A DNA stretch of 64,000 nucleotides from contig CAQRYF010000002.1 in the NCBI GenBank assembly GCA_948875265.1, forward strand, positions 2,628-66,627. Reading direction: 5' to 3'. The stretch's first letter is position 1, and every line of letters starts with the position of its first letter. The notes beneath the pieces are model-generated. The model made no database searches. It had not been told where the DNA came from and saw nothing but the letters and a program-made list of their open reading frames with translations. Positions 43,245-54,390 of the stretch are shown here, in pieces. This DNA comes from an uncultured Clostridia bacterium (GTDB taxonomy: Bacteria; Bacillota; Clostridia; TANB77; CAG-508). Position numbers and translations under genes: made by a program.

Positions 43245-43613
43245 CTATTTAAACCATCTATTTATACTTTCGTTTAATTCTAAATATTCTCTATACATAT
43301 CTAACTTATATAATTCGAATTTAAACTCATTTTCACAATAAATTGTTTTTCCATTAATTAATATTTCATACCTAAGTCCATCTCCTATATTATTTAAGTC
43401 AATCAAATCCACTTCTATATTTATTATATCTTCTAGTTCTTGAGACAAGTAAAATAATTCTTTCTTATTTATTTCTCTTTTTGGCTTTATGGCAATATCA
43501 ATGTCATTTTCTTTATTTTGTGTACCTCTTGCATAACTTCCGAATAATACGATTGCTTCACATTCAATTTTTTCTAAAATTACTTTTTTTAATTTTTCTA
43601 ACTTTTCATCCAT
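43245..43613 (-). CDS. nucleotidyltransferase-domain protein (MNT-like, antitoxin-type)
   Basis: LFGSYARG...DIDIAI. Confidence 0.7.
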   Translation of the reverse strand: MDEKLEKLKKVILEKIECEAIVLFGSYARGTQNKENDIDIAIKPKREINKKELFYLSQELEDIINIEVDLIDLNNIGDGLRYEILINGKTIYCENEFKFELYKLDMYREYLELNESINRWFK

Positions 43614-43831
43614 AAAACCTCTCCCTTTTTACTTTTCTATTATATTACAAATTGTCTGTTTTTACAATAGCAAGAGAACAATAAAATTATCAAAGTAAAA
43701 TTGCGTTCAAAGTATTTATATTATAATAAATTTTAAAAAACACTCTTATAATATAATCAAAAGCGAAAATATATTATTTATTTTATATTTTCGCTTTCTT
43801 CATATTTAGTGTTTATTTTGTCATTGTCTTC

Positions 43832-44194
43832 TTATGATACTTTTAGTTCATCTAGTCTTTTTCTTATTCTATTCCTTTTTATTTCTATCTTCTCTTTTAA
43901 TTCTTTATTTTGTTTCTGATATAATTCTATTAATTTACTACGTTCTTCATCTGTCATATCTTCTTCAAATATTTTTCCTGCTTTATATTCTTTTTGTAGC
44001 TTTATTACTTTCAATTCTTCTTCATCTTGCTTTACAATTATATTTTCTTTAAAAGTATTATTCTCTACATCTCTTATCATTTTTTCTGTATTAGTATTAT
44101 CTTGTATTTTTTCTCTGTTAGAAAATAAATTTCTAAACATTTTTTTAATTTTAGATATAAAATTTTCTTTATATTCCACAATATCTTTATTCAT
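43832..44194 (-). CDS. hypothetical K/E-rich coiled-coil protein
   Basis: ORF directly downstream of the helicase. Confidence 0.4.
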   Translation of the reverse strand: MNKDIVEYKENFISKIKKMFRNLFSNREKIQDNTNTEKMIRDVENNTFKENIIVKQDEEELKVIKLQKEYKAGKIFEEDMTDEERSKLIELYQKQNKELKEKIEIKRNRIRKRLDELKVS

Positions 44195-44197
44195 ATT

Positions 44198-46963
44198 TTA
44201 ATCTCCTATTTTGTTAGATTTGTCTTTTTTCTCTGCTTGCATAACTTCATTCTCTAACTTTTCAGTTTGTTCTAAGGTTTCTTGTAATTTTTTTTGCTCA
44301 TCTTCTAATATTTCTAATTGTGTTTTTGTTTCTTTATCTTCTTCATATTTAAACTTAAATCCCAGACTATGTACTTTATCAATTATTTCATACTTTGTCT
44401 TTTCACCTAAGTTTCTAATCATATTAAAATCTTCATATTTTTCAATTTCATTTATCAAGTTGGAAATTGTATAACTTTCTACTATATCTCTTCCTCTTAT
44501 ATAACGTGCCAAACAATTATAAGCTCTCGTAGATAGCCCAATTTCATCTAAATGTATTTCACCTTTTTCATATCTTTCTCGTTCTTTTTGTTCTTTTTCT
44601 TTTAATTCAGTTTCTCGTTGTTCTTGGACTATTTTCATTAATTCATCAATCTTATCTTTACTTAAATTTGGTTCATTGTCACCAACAAATACATCATGCA
44701 TTGAAAAATATTTTTTCACAAATTCTTCTGTTGGTTCATATACATACTCATCAATGAATTTTTTTCTTGTAGGATTTCTCAATTTTCTTAATGCTCTAAT
44801 TTCCATTTGTCTTATGCTTTCTGGAGTAACATCATATATTTTTGCTACTTCATTGAATGTTTTTGGATAACCATCTTTAAGTCCAAAACGTAATTGAATT
44901 ATTGATTTTTCTTTCTCTTTCAATTCATCTAAACTTAGATTTATACCTATATCTATTTTATCACTTATTACTTTTCCCCTTCTATTATGATCTTTATCAT
45001 AAATGCAGTCTAATAATATGTTATATTCTTTTTTACCATAAAAATCGAAATTATTTATTAATGGTAAATCATTTTGATACCATGATATATTTTCATTCTC
45101 GTTTAATCTTTCTTTTCTTTTTTCTGTGTTGGCATTCACTAGGTCTACTTTATATTGAATATAAGCATCTCTAAAATTATCAATTGTTCCAAAATCTTGT
45201 ACTAATTGTATAATACTTTTTGTTTGAATTCCATATTTTTCTTCTAACACTTCATCTTCTTTTGTTAATCCAAATACTCCACCTAGTTTTGCATCTATCA
45301 ATTCTTGTTCTAATTCTTTAGGTAATTTTCCTCTTGATTTTCGATTAATAATATACTGATAATCCGATTTATATAATTCTTCTAAATACTTGATTTCATC
45401 TCTTTCAAATTTTTTCTGCAAATCTATTCTATTAGAAAATGCATATGGATATTTCTCACAAAAATCTTTCAAACGTTTTATTTTTTCTTCTATAGTATCT
45501 TTTTTCTCATATAAATATAATATTCCTAGTTTTTCTAATCTTTCTTTATCTTCTTCGCTATATTTAACCATATTTTTATCATATACCATACTTTGTCTAA
45601 TCTGTATCAAATATTTACCAATTGGATATCCTTCAAAAATTGTGTCACTGTGAATTTTTTCATTTGGATTTTCATTAATAAACTTTTCAAATAAATCAAT
45701 TTTTTCTTCTATTGATAATGATTGTAATCGACTAAGTTGTTCAATCTTTCTAGATATCTCTCCAATATTTTTTGTATAATCTACTATTTTAAATTTTCTA
45801 TTTTTAGAATCATCTTTTGTATTATCGTCCTTCATTCTTCCATTTAATTCTCTTGTAAAATCCTCAACAACTCTTATAGAATCAAAATTATCAACTAAAT
45901 CTATAATAACTGGTCTTTTTGAAGAGTTTCCTACTGTTAATGCTCTACCAATTTGTTGCATATATATTGTAGGAGATTTCGTTGGTCTCATCATCACTAC
46001 TCCATCAATATCTGGTAAGTGATATCCTTCATTTAACATATTTACCGAAAATATTAATTTTAATGTATTTTCATTATTATCATTCTCAAATTGTTTTAAT
46101 ATTTTTTTATTGTTTTTTAAGCTTTCTGAAGATGCAACACTATATATCTTTATATTAGGATTAATTTTAGAGAATAAATCTTGTGATTCTTGAATCTTTT
46201 TTTCCATTTCTTCTATATTAGAACAAAATACCATGTATTTTCCATTTTTATTAGTAATATGTTTTTCTAAAACTTCAGGCAAATTCTCTGTATCCTTATT
46301 TAATTGTTTCGATAATTCTTCAAAAAGTTTTCTTGCTTCGTCTTTTCTTGATTGAGTTGAATTTGAATTTTCTATTTGTTCTTTTAATTGTAATAATTTA
46401 TCTTCATACCCATACATTGCACTAACATAATCAAATTCTGGAAGAATACCCTTTTCTATAGCTTCCATAAAAGATATTTCTGATGCTATATGATTTCCAA
46501 ACATCTCTTCAGCCATATCAATATTACCATCAAAATATCTAATTGGTGTTGCTGATAATCCTAAAACTTTTGCATCCGGAAACATATTACATAACTCATT
46601 TACAGCTTCTCCCCAAACTGGAGCTCCACAATGATGAAACTCATCAAGAACTATTATATCTGGATTGATTTTTTTCATTTCTTCATTATCCAGTTTTGAT
46701 GTTTTTTGATATGTCATTCTTTCTAGTCCTAAAAATTTTTGTCCATTGTATTTTATTGAATCTTCTTTTATTTGATGTAAAATTGATATACTAGGCGCTA
46801 AATATAAAACTTTCTTTCCCTGATTATCTTCTATCAGTTTTAGTGCAATATAAGATTTTCCTGTTCCTGTAGGATGAATTATTGCTGCTCTATTACCATT
46901 TTCAAATTCTTCTTTTACTCCATTATAAGCTTCTTGTTGGTGTATTTTTAATTCGATACTCAT
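44198..46963 (-). CDS. SF2 DExH helicase fused to a sigma-70 region-4-like HTH and an RNAP alpha-CTD-like domain
   Basis: HPTGTGKS Walker A, DEFHH box; LSLDELKEKEKSIIQLRFGL...ESIRQMEIRALRKLR; LSTRAYNCLARY...NLGEKTKYEI. Confidence 0.75.
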   Translation of the reverse strand: MSIELKIHQQEAYNGVKEEFENGNRAAIIHPTGTGKSYIALKLIEDNQGKKVLYLAPSISILHQIKEDSIKYNGQKFLGLERMTYQKTSKLDNEEMKKINPDIIVLDEFHHCGAPVWGEAVNELCNMFPDAKVLGLSATPIRYFDGNIDMAEEMFGNHIASEISFMEAIEKGILPEFDYVSAMYGYEDKLLQLKEQIENSNSTQSRKDEARKLFEELSKQLNKDTENLPEVLEKHITNKNGKYMVFCSNIEEMEKKIQESQDLFSKINPNIKIYSVASSESLKNNKKILKQFENDNNENTLKLIFSVNMLNEGYHLPDIDGVVMMRPTKSPTIYMQQIGRALTVGNSSKRPVIIDLVDNFDSIRVVEDFTRELNGRMKDDNTKDDSKNRKFKIVDYTKNIGEISRKIEQLSRLQSLSIEEKIDLFEKFINENPNEKIHSDTIFEGYPIGKYLIQIRQSMVYDKNMVKYSEEDKERLEKLGILYLYEKKDTIEEKIKRLKDFCEKYPYAFSNRIDLQKKFERDEIKYLEELYKSDYQYIINRKSRGKLPKELEQELIDAKLGGVFGLTKEDEVLEEKYGIQTKSIIQLVQDFGTIDNFRDAYIQYKVDLVNANTEKRKERLNENENISWYQNDLPLINNFDFYGKKEYNILLDCIYDKDHNRRGKVISDKIDIGINLSLDELKEKEKSIIQLRFGLKDGYPKTFNEVAKIYDVTPESIRQMEIRALRKLRNPTRKKFIDEYVYEPTEEFVKKYFSMHDVFVGDNEPNLSKDKIDELMKIVQEQRETELKEKEQKERERYEKGEIHLDEIGLSTRAYNCLARYIRGRDIVESYTISNLINEIEKYEDFNMIRNLGEKTKYEIIDKVHSLGFKFKYEEDKETKTQLEILEDEQKKLQETLEQTEKLENEVMQAEKKDKSNKIGD

Positions 46964-47283
46964 TTTTTACCTCTACTTTTTAACATTTTTATATTATACC
47001 ACTTTTATTCTGTATTTATATTAAAATTTTTTTCATCGCAAATATGAAAAACTATTCTATTATTCATCATTATTATACAATTTCTACGTTTTTTATTCAA
47101 TAACTAGCAAGCAATTTTTCTTTACTTTTTTGTTACTTTTTTATTACAATTTTTTAAAAAATTATAGGACAAATAACTTATTATTTTTAGTAAACTTTTT
47201 AGCTTATTGTAAATATTAAAAATCATTTTATTTAAAAAAAGAAAAGCCTCTAATATCATCGACCTTCCTTTTTTCACTAATTC

Positions 47284-48288
47284 TTAGCCATTATTTCTTA
47301 TATAATTCCAAGAGTCTTTACACATATCATCTAAATTCTTTGTAGCTTCCCAGCCCAACTCTTCTTTAGCTTTTTTAGGATTTGCATAACAAGTTGCAAT
47401 ATCACCTGCTCTTCTTGGAGCTATTTTATATGGCACTTCTTTACCTGTCGCTTGTTCAAATCCTTTTACCATATCTAACACACTATATCCAGTTCCTGTT
47501 CCTAAGTTATAAATATACAGTCCTTTTCCTTCTTTATCTAATTTATTTAATGCTGATACATGTCCTTTAGCTAAATCTACAACATGAATATAATCTCTTA
47601 CTCCTGTTCCATCATGAGTATCATAATCGTTTCCAAATACAGATAACTCTTTTAAAGTTCCAGCAGCAACTCTTGCTACATATGGCATTAAGTTATTTGG
47701 TATACCTTGTGGTTCTTCTCCAATTAATCCACTTTCATGTGCTCCTACTGGGTTAAAATATCTTAATATACATATATCCCAACTATTATCAGATGCATAT
47801 GTATCTTTTAATATTTGTTCTATAAATAACTTTGATGTACCATATGGATTTGTAGTTCCTCCTGTTTTACATTCTTCTGTAATCGGAATAAACTCTGGAT
47901 CTCCATATACTGTTGCTGAAGAGCTAAATATAAACTTCTTTACATTATATTTTTTCATAACATCTAGCAAAACTAAACATCCTGATACATTATTTGTATA
48001 ATATTCTATAGGTTTTTGAACTGATTCTCCTACTGCTTTATATCCTGCAAAGTTTAAAACACTATCAATTTCATTTTCTTCAAATACTTTTTCTAATTTT
48101 TCCTTATCTAGATAATCTAATTCATAAAACTTAAACTCTTTACCTGTTATTTGTTTTATTCTATCTAAAACTTCTGGTTTACTATTTGAAAAGTTATCTA
48201 TAATAACTATTTCCTTTCCTTCATTTAATAATTCTACAGCAGTATGACTTCCTATATATCCTGCTCCTCCTGGTAATAAAATTGCCAT
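47284..48288 (-). CDS. galE: UDP-glucose 4-epimerase
   Basis: [15 protein letters not shown] start with GGAGG RBS; the ORF-track N-terminal extension runs into the repeat region and is rejected. Confidence 0.9.
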   Translation of the reverse strand: MAILLPGGAGYIGSHTAVELLNEGKEIVIIDNFSNSKPEVLDRIKQITGKEFKFYELDYLDKEKLEKVFEENEIDSVLNFAGYKAVGESVQKPIEYYTNNVSGCLVLLDVMKKYNVKKFIFSSSATVYGDPEFIPITEECKTGGTTNPYGTSKLFIEQILKDTYASDNSWDICILRYFNPVGAHESGLIGEEPQGIPNNLMPYVARVAAGTLKELSVFGNDYDTHDGTGVRDYIHVVDLAKGHVSALNKLDKEGKGLYIYNLGTGTGYSVLDMVKGFEQATGKEVPYKIAPRRAGDIATCYANPKKAKEELGWEATKNLDDMCKDSWNYIRNNG

Positions 48289-48307
48289 TTTAAATTCCTC
48301 CTTTTTT

Positions 48308-48379
48308 TGTCCTATTGGGGACGTTTCTGTTTGGGACACTTCCCAAATGTCCCATAGACAAACGTCCCTAATGGGACAT
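48308..48379. repeat. two head-to-head family-A palindromic repeats
   Basis: TGTCCTATTGGGGACGTTTCTGTTTGGGACAC + ATGTCCCATAGACAAACGTCCCTAATGGGACAT. Confidence 0.85.
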
Positions 48380-49762
48380 TTGCTTAATTTCTGTCCCTTC
48401 TTTGGTATCTTTGATTTCATATCCTTTACTTTGTATTAAATCTCTTAATTCATCTGATTTAATCCAGTCCTTATTTTCTCTTGCTTTTTTTCTTTGTTCT
48501 ACTAAATCTAATATTTCTTGTGGTATCTCTTCTATTTGTTTTTTAGTTTCTTCGTTTATTTTTAAACCTAACACTGTATCAAATTTTATTAACAATTCTG
48601 CCAATTTAGGAGATTTCTTATCATTTCTGACAACCTCCCATACAGCACTCATAGCAGCTGGCATGTTTAAATCATCATTTATTGCTTTATGGAATTTCTC
48701 CTCATATTCATTAATTATACTTTGGTCTATTTCATCTTTTCCTTCTAGATGATTTTTATATCCTTGTTTTAGTCTTTCTAATGATTTTGAAGCCGCTTCT
48801 ATTCCTTCCCAAGTGAAATTTAATTTATTTTTGTAATGACATGAATAGCTAAATAATCTATATACAATTGGGTCATATCCTCTTTCAATAAAATCTTTAA
48901 TCAAATACACATTTCCTAAACTCTTTGACATTTTCCCACCATTGATTAGCAAATATTCTCCATGCATCCAATAATTAGCTGGAATTTTTCCACAAGCTCC
49001 TTTACTTTGAGCTATCTCGTTTTCATGGTGTGTTGGTATTAAGTCTATACCACCTGTATGTATATCAAATTGTTCGCCTAAATATTTTTGTCCCATTGCA
49101 GAACATTCTATATGCCATCCTGGGTAACTTAATCCCCAAGGACTATCCCATTTCATCAGATGATTTTCTGGTGCTTTTATCCATAAAGCAAAATCATATG
49201 GATTTCTTTTTTCTGGATCTATATCAACCCTTGCACCTGCTTTTTGTTCTTCTAAATTCAAGTTTGATAATATTGGATATTTATCTAATTTAGATATATC
49301 AAAATATATAGCTGTAGAGGTTTCATATGCATATCCTTTTTGTACTAGTTTTTTAACATATTCAAGCATTTCATTTATATGTTCTGTTGCTTTACATACA
49401 ATCTCTGGTGTTTCTATATTTAATAATTCTAAATCTTTAAAAAATAAATCTGTATAATATTTAGATATTTCTAACGGTGTTTTATTTTCTTCTCTTGCTG
49501 ACTTTAACATTTTGTCTTCACCTTCATCACCATCAGATACCAAATGCCCCACATCTGTTATATTCATTGCATGCTTTATTTTATATCCATTATATCTTAA
49601 AACTCTTCTTAAAACATCTTGAAATATATTTGTTCTCATATTTCCAATTGTTGCATCTTTATATACTGTTGGTCCACATGAATATATTTTCACCTCTTCT
49701 TTATCTATTGAGGTAAATAACTCTTTTTTCTTTGTCAATGTATTACTAAAAAATATATCCAT
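48368..49762 (-). CDS. cysS: cysteine--tRNA ligase
   Basis: HIGH-type and KMSKS motifs; last codons overlap the repeat. Confidence 0.9.
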   Translation of the reverse strand: MDIFFSNTLTKKKELFTSIDKEEVKIYSCGPTVYKDATIGNMRTNIFQDVLRRVLRYNGYKIKHAMNITDVGHLVSDGDEGEDKMLKSAREENKTPLEISKYYTDLFFKDLELLNIETPEIVCKATEHINEMLEYVKKLVQKGYAYETSTAIYFDISKLDKYPILSNLNLEEQKAGARVDIDPEKRNPYDFALWIKAPENHLMKWDSPWGLSYPGWHIECSAMGQKYLGEQFDIHTGGIDLIPTHHENEIAQSKGACGKIPANYWMHGEYLLINGGKMSKSLGNVYLIKDFIERGYDPIVYRLFSYSCHYKNKLNFTWEGIEAASKSLERLKQGYKNHLEGKDEIDQSIINEYEEKFHKAINDDLNMPAAMSAVWEVVRNDKKSPKLAELLIKFDTVLGLKINEETKKQIEEIPQEILDLVEQRKKARENKDWIKSDELRDLIQSKGYEIKDTKEGTEIKQMSH

Positions 49763-49844
49763 TATAGTCTCCCTTCAAATTTTATTAATATTTTTTAATA
49801 TGAGATGTGAAATATCTTTGTTCCACATCTCAACGTCTTAGTTA

Positions 49845-52481
49845 CTATGGATTAGTTGGTGTTGTTCCTTCATCTGGTTTGTCAGTTCCTGCATTTCCTC
49901 CTGAAGGTCCTTCATCTGGTTTTTCAGTTCCTGTATTCCCTCCTGATGTTCCTCCATTATCTCCTCCAGTATTTGTATTTGAAGATGTGTTTGTAGAATT
50001 TGTATTTGTAGTATTTGTGTTTACTGTATTTGTTTTTGGCTTTTCTGATTCTTCTGGTTTTTTATGTATTGTACAAGTTTCTGTTACTTCTTTTCCTGAT
50101 GAAGAACTTTTACCTGAAGCTTTCCACAAATTTAGTTTCTCTTTTGGTGGCACAACACCATAACTATTTGGTTTTGTACTTGGGCAATATTCATTTGCTA
50201 TCAACCCTGATTCTGTACATAAGTTTTGTGTGCCATGTCCTGGACATTTTTCAGGTAGGTGATTTTGTGCAAAGATTTCTTTATACGTATCTGTGCATCC
50301 TGTTGTTGCAACACAACCAGTTGTTTTACATACTGTTTGTTCTACAATTCCTCCAGGTCTTTTAAATGATGCTTTTTCTAATCCTTTATGAATATCTGTC
50401 ATTATTGCGTCCCATATTTGTCCTGCTGGATTTGTACCATTATATCTTACTTCTTCTGGATTATCATATCCAAACCAACAAGCTGCTGCATAATATGGTG
50501 TAAATCCACAAAGCCATCTATCATAACTATTGTCTGTTGTTCCTGTTTTAGCAGCTACATCCATTCCTGATATAGAACAATATGTTGCTGTTCCTTTTTT
50601 TACAGGCTCTTGTAATATTGATTTCACTATATATGCATTTTGTTCTGATATTACTCTTCTTCTTTCTTGAGTTGGTGTTAATACTGTATTTCCACTCACA
50701 TCTACAACTTTTGTATAGAAAGTTGGTGTTATATATTCTCCATTATTTGCTATTGTAGCATATGCTGCTGCCATTTCTAATGGGCTAATTCCATCTGAAA
50801 TTCCTCCAATTGCAAGAGGTAAGCTTTCATCATCTTTTTTTGGATTTTCTCCATTTTTATATAAGCTTGTTACTCCAAAATTTCTTAAATAATCAATTGA
50901 TTTACCTGGTGTTAGTTCTCTCATAATTTTGACTTCTGGAACATTTTGTGAGTATGCAATTATATCCCTAATATTTATTAATCCTCTATATTTATTACCA
51001 TCATTTTTTGGTTTATATCCACTAAAATCTGTTTGTACATCATCATATACTGTTGCTGCAGTTATTATTCCTTCTTCTAATGCTGGTGCTATATCTGCAA
51101 TTGGTTTTATTGAAGAACCTGGTTGTCTATTAGTTTGAGTTGCTCTATTTAAATTTGCTCCTGTTTTTTCTCCTAATCCTCCAGATACACCTATAACATT
51201 TCCTGTTTGGTGATCTATCACTACAAAAGCTGCTTGTGTATGGTCATTTTTCTTCTCTCCATTTTTATCTTTATCAACACCATTAAATTGATATTTTTCC
51301 TTAAGAGTTTCTTGTTCTATTCTAGTTTGTATTGTTTGATCAACTGTTGAATATATTGTAAGTCCACTACTGTATACATAGTTTTCAGCTAATTGTCTTG
51401 ATATTCCCTTTTCTTCCATTACTTGGCCAATTACTTGTTCAACAACCGCATCTGCATGGTACGAATATGATGTTCCTGTACTTTGTGCTCCTTTTTCAAA
51501 TGTTAATCCAGCTTCTGCTTTTGAAACAGCAACATTATATTCATCTTCATTTTGTATATAACCTAATTCTTTCATTTTAGATAACACTGTTAATGTTTTA
51601 GACTTAATTCTTTCATTTCTTTTTTCTTCTGTATCATTTTCTGATGCTAATTTATATGGATTGTATTTACTTGGCGATGTGTTTATTCCTGCTAAAAATG
51701 CACATTCTGCTAAATCCAAATCTTTTGCACTTTTATTAAAATAATATTCTGCTCCTAATTCTACTCCATGAAGATTTCCTTCTCCACCTATATATAAAAT
51801 ATTTAAATATAATTCAAGAATTTGATCTTTAGATATCATTCTTTCTACTTGATATGCTTTTGCCCATTCTTTTACTTTTCTCATTATTCCAGCTATTCCT
51901 GATGCCTCATCATCTTTTGTTATATTTTTAACTAACTGTTGAGTAATTGTACTTCCTCCATATGAGCTTTTACCAAGTACTGTATTTATTATGGCTCCAC
52001 CTGTTCTTTTTATATCAACTCCATTATGTTTATAAAATCTCTCATCTTCTATCGCTACATAAGCTTTTGGTAGATAATCTGCCATGTCTTCTATTTTTAT
52101 TATCTTTCTTTTTTCATCTCCACTTAAATTGGCAACAACTGCCCCATTTTTATCTACTATAACAGAGTTTGAAGCTTCAATTTTTAATTCGTCTTTTGTT
52201 ATTTCAAATTCATCTCCAAATAAGCCAAAAAACATTCCTGCAACAATTCCTGCTCCTATAACACATAAAAGCAAGATTATAATTATTAATATTTTAAACG
52301 CCATAACTAATTTAGGATGTTTTGATTGTTTGTTTCCCTTTTTACAATTTTGCTTTCTTTTCACTTCTGGTCTTTTCCTTGATTTATTTGCTGTTCTTTT
52401 ATTATTTGTTTTCTTTCTTCTTTTTCCATTTTGAACTTTATATGATTTTGTTTTATCTTTATCATTATTACTACTTGGCAT
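49845..52481 (-). CDS. class A penicillin-binding protein (transglycosylase + transpeptidase) with basic N-terminus and TNT/GG-rich C-terminal low-complexity tail
   Basis: GT51 and SxxK/SxN/KTG motifs; AGGAGGT RBS at the MPSSNN start. Confidence 0.85.
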   Translation of the reverse strand: MPSSNNDKDKTKSYKVQNGKRRKKTNNKRTANKSRKRPEVKRKQNCKKGNKQSKHPKLVMAFKILIIIILLLCVIGAGIVAGMFFGLFGDEFEITKDELKIEASNSVIVDKNGAVVANLSGDEKRKIIKIEDMADYLPKAYVAIEDERFYKHNGVDIKRTGGAIINTVLGKSSYGGSTITQQLVKNITKDDEASGIAGIMRKVKEWAKAYQVERMISKDQILELYLNILYIGGEGNLHGVELGAEYYFNKSAKDLDLAECAFLAGINTSPSKYNPYKLASENDTEEKRNERIKSKTLTVLSKMKELGYIQNEDEYNVAVSKAEAGLTFEKGAQSTGTSYSYHADAVVEQVIGQVMEEKGISRQLAENYVYSSGLTIYSTVDQTIQTRIEQETLKEKYQFNGVDKDKNGEKKNDHTQAAFVVIDHQTGNVIGVSGGLGEKTGANLNRATQTNRQPGSSIKPIADIAPALEEGIITAATVYDDVQTDFSGYKPKNDGNKYRGLINIRDIIAYSQNVPEVKIMRELTPGKSIDYLRNFGVTSLYKNGENPKKDDESLPLAIGGISDGISPLEMAAAYATIANNGEYITPTFYTKVVDVSGNTVLTPTQERRRVISEQNAYIVKSILQEPVKKGTATYCSISGMDVAAKTGTTDNSYDRWLCGFTPYYAAACWFGYDNPEEVRYNGTNPAGQIWDAIMTDIHKGLEKASFKRPGGIVEQTVCKTTGCVATTGCTDTYKEIFAQNHLPEKCPGHGTQNLCTESGLIANEYCPSTKPNSYGVVPPKEKLNLWKASGKSSSSGKEVTETCTIHKKPEESEKPKTNTVNTNTTNTNSTNTSSNTNTGGDNGGTSGGNTGTEKPDEGPSGGNAGTDKPDEGTTPTNP

Positions 52482-52596
52482 TTTATTACCTCCTTGCCAA
52501 TTAAAATTCGACAAATACATTATATTATACTTTTTTAAAAAAAGAAAGCTTTTAAAGAAATTTTTAATAAATTCAATCATCTATATTTTACATAAA

Positions 52597-53458
52597 TTAA
52601 ATAATCGTATTATTTGCAATAAGTGCAGCAATTTTAACATTATCTTTTTTAACTTTTTTAATTATATTTTCAAATGGTTGTTTTTTATATATTAAGGCTT
52701 CATATATATCTTTTTTACAGTATTTTTCTAGTATATTATAATCCTCAAAATATATATCATCATTTACATATGTAATCTCATAATCATTTATATTAATCCC
52801 ATTAAATCTTTTACTGTTGATTTTCATATTTCCTTTTAAATTTATAATTATTGCTTCATCATAAATATTATATTTATTTAATAATTCTTTTGGGAAATCT
52901 ATATTTAATATTATTGGTGATTTTGCTAAGCTTTTCCTTTTATTATTCGCTACTGTTATCATTATTCCTTCATCTTCCAAAATCTGTCTTTCTATATTTT
53001 TAAATTTTGAAATATGATTTGTTACAATACTTACTCTCTTATATTCTCTTGCTATCTTTCTTATATTGTGTAATGCATTTTCTGTAACTTCATTAATTGT
53101 TATAGATATACCGAGTTTCTTCCTTTTTCATTTCTTTAACTTTCATAATATATTGTAATACATCATATATCAATACTTCAAATAACCATCTTCCATTTAT
53201 AATACTAATATTATATGAATTTAAATAATCTATATATTGTTCTTTACTTTTTATCTTTTTACTTACTAGAACTTTATTACAATTTGTCTTGTTTAAAATC
53301 TTTTTTGTTTTTAAAGCTAATTTCTCTGCTTGTCTTTGTGTTATTTCTTCATTGTTTATAGGTAATATTATTTTATTATCAATTAGATGAATTATATTTA
53401 ATTTTCTTAATATTTTTCTAGGCTTGTCAGTCTCATGGATATAATACAAAAAAATCAC
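52597..53458 (-). CDS. hypothetical protein (~287 aa), two ORFs joined by +1 frameshift at in-frame CGG (53113..53111)
   Basis: +1 frame after ...KKEET runs uninterrupted into the 52597..52980 ORF. Confidence 0.55.
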
Positions 53459-53517
53459 TCCTTATATACTTTTATGTTTAAGTATATGAGAATGATTTTT
53501 CATATATTCTTTTATTT

Positions 53518-54390
53518 TTATAAAATTATATCACGTTTTAATAAACCTTTTTCTACTGTACCAGTCCCAATAAATTTATTATTACAATATATTTTATATA
53601 TTCCATCTTTACTTTTTTGAGTTGATTTTACACCATTTAAAAACAATTTTAATTTTCTATCATCTAATTTTATTGTATCACTTTCTTTAAATATTTTTTC
53701 TAAAGAAATAAAATGTTCTTTTATGTATGTATCTGTGTCTTTATTTTCCATAAGCTCCTGTATTGTTATAGAATTCTCTATTTTAAAATCACCTACTCGT
53801 AGTCTTTCTAATTCTAACATATATCCTACTGTTCCTAATCTTTTTGCTATATCTTCACATAAACTTCTAATATATGTACCTTTTGAACAACTAACTTGAA
53901 ATTTCAGTTGCTTATTATTATTATCTATATCTAATAATTGTATATTATATATTTCTATATTTCTTGGCTCAATAGCTACAGCTTGACCTTTTCTTGCATA
54001 TTCATATAATTTTTTTCCATTTACCTTTATGGCAGAATAGATTGGAGGAATTTGCTTTTGTTTTCCTACAAAAGTTTTTAACACTTCCTTTATATAATCT
54101 TTTTCCAGCTTTTCTTGTCTAACTTCTCTTTCTTCAATTATATTTCCTTCACTATCTGCTGTATCCGTCTTTTTTCCTAATTGTAAATTAACTCTGTATG
54201 TTTTATCATGATTTACTAAATATTTAGAACATAATGTTCCTTTTCCTATAAGTAATGGCAACACACCTGTTGCCATTGGATCTAAAGTTCCTGTATGCCC
54301 TACTTTTTTATTAAATACTTTTTTAACTTTATATACTATATCATGTGATGTACATCCTTTGTGTTTATTTATAACTATTATTCCATCCAT
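53518..54390 (-). CDS. truB: tRNA pseudouridine(55) synthase
   Basis: GHTGTLDPMATGVLP catalytic motif. Confidence 0.9.
   Translation of the reverse strand: MDGIIVINKHKGCTSHDIVYKVKKVFNKKVGHTGTLDPMATGVLPLLIGKGTLCSKYLVNHDKTYRVNLQLGKKTDTADSEGNIIEEREVRQEKLEKDYIKEVLKTFVGKQKQIPPIYSAIKVNGKKLYEYARKGQAVAIEPRNIEIYNIQLLDIDNNNKQLKFQVSCSKGTYIRSLCEDIAKRLGTVGYMLELERLRVGDFKIENSITIQELMENKDTDTYIKEHFISLEKIFKESDTIKLDDRKLKLFLNGVKSTQKSKDGIYKIYCNNKFIGTGTVEKGLLKRDIIL

Noticed and set aside
49763-49844. T-box leader upstream of cysS, and likewise upstream of argS
   Set aside because: Only ~80 nt and ~25 nt of spacer respectively. There is a simple 9-bp hairpin but no specifier loop or T-box consensus.
47284-52580. 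N-terminal ORF extensions of galE (to 48420), the class A PBP (to 52580), ugd (to 30320) and the 824..2488 ORF
   Set aside because: Internal ATG codons with good GGAGG RBS and homolog-like N-termini lie downstream. The galE extension translates the palindromic repeat region.
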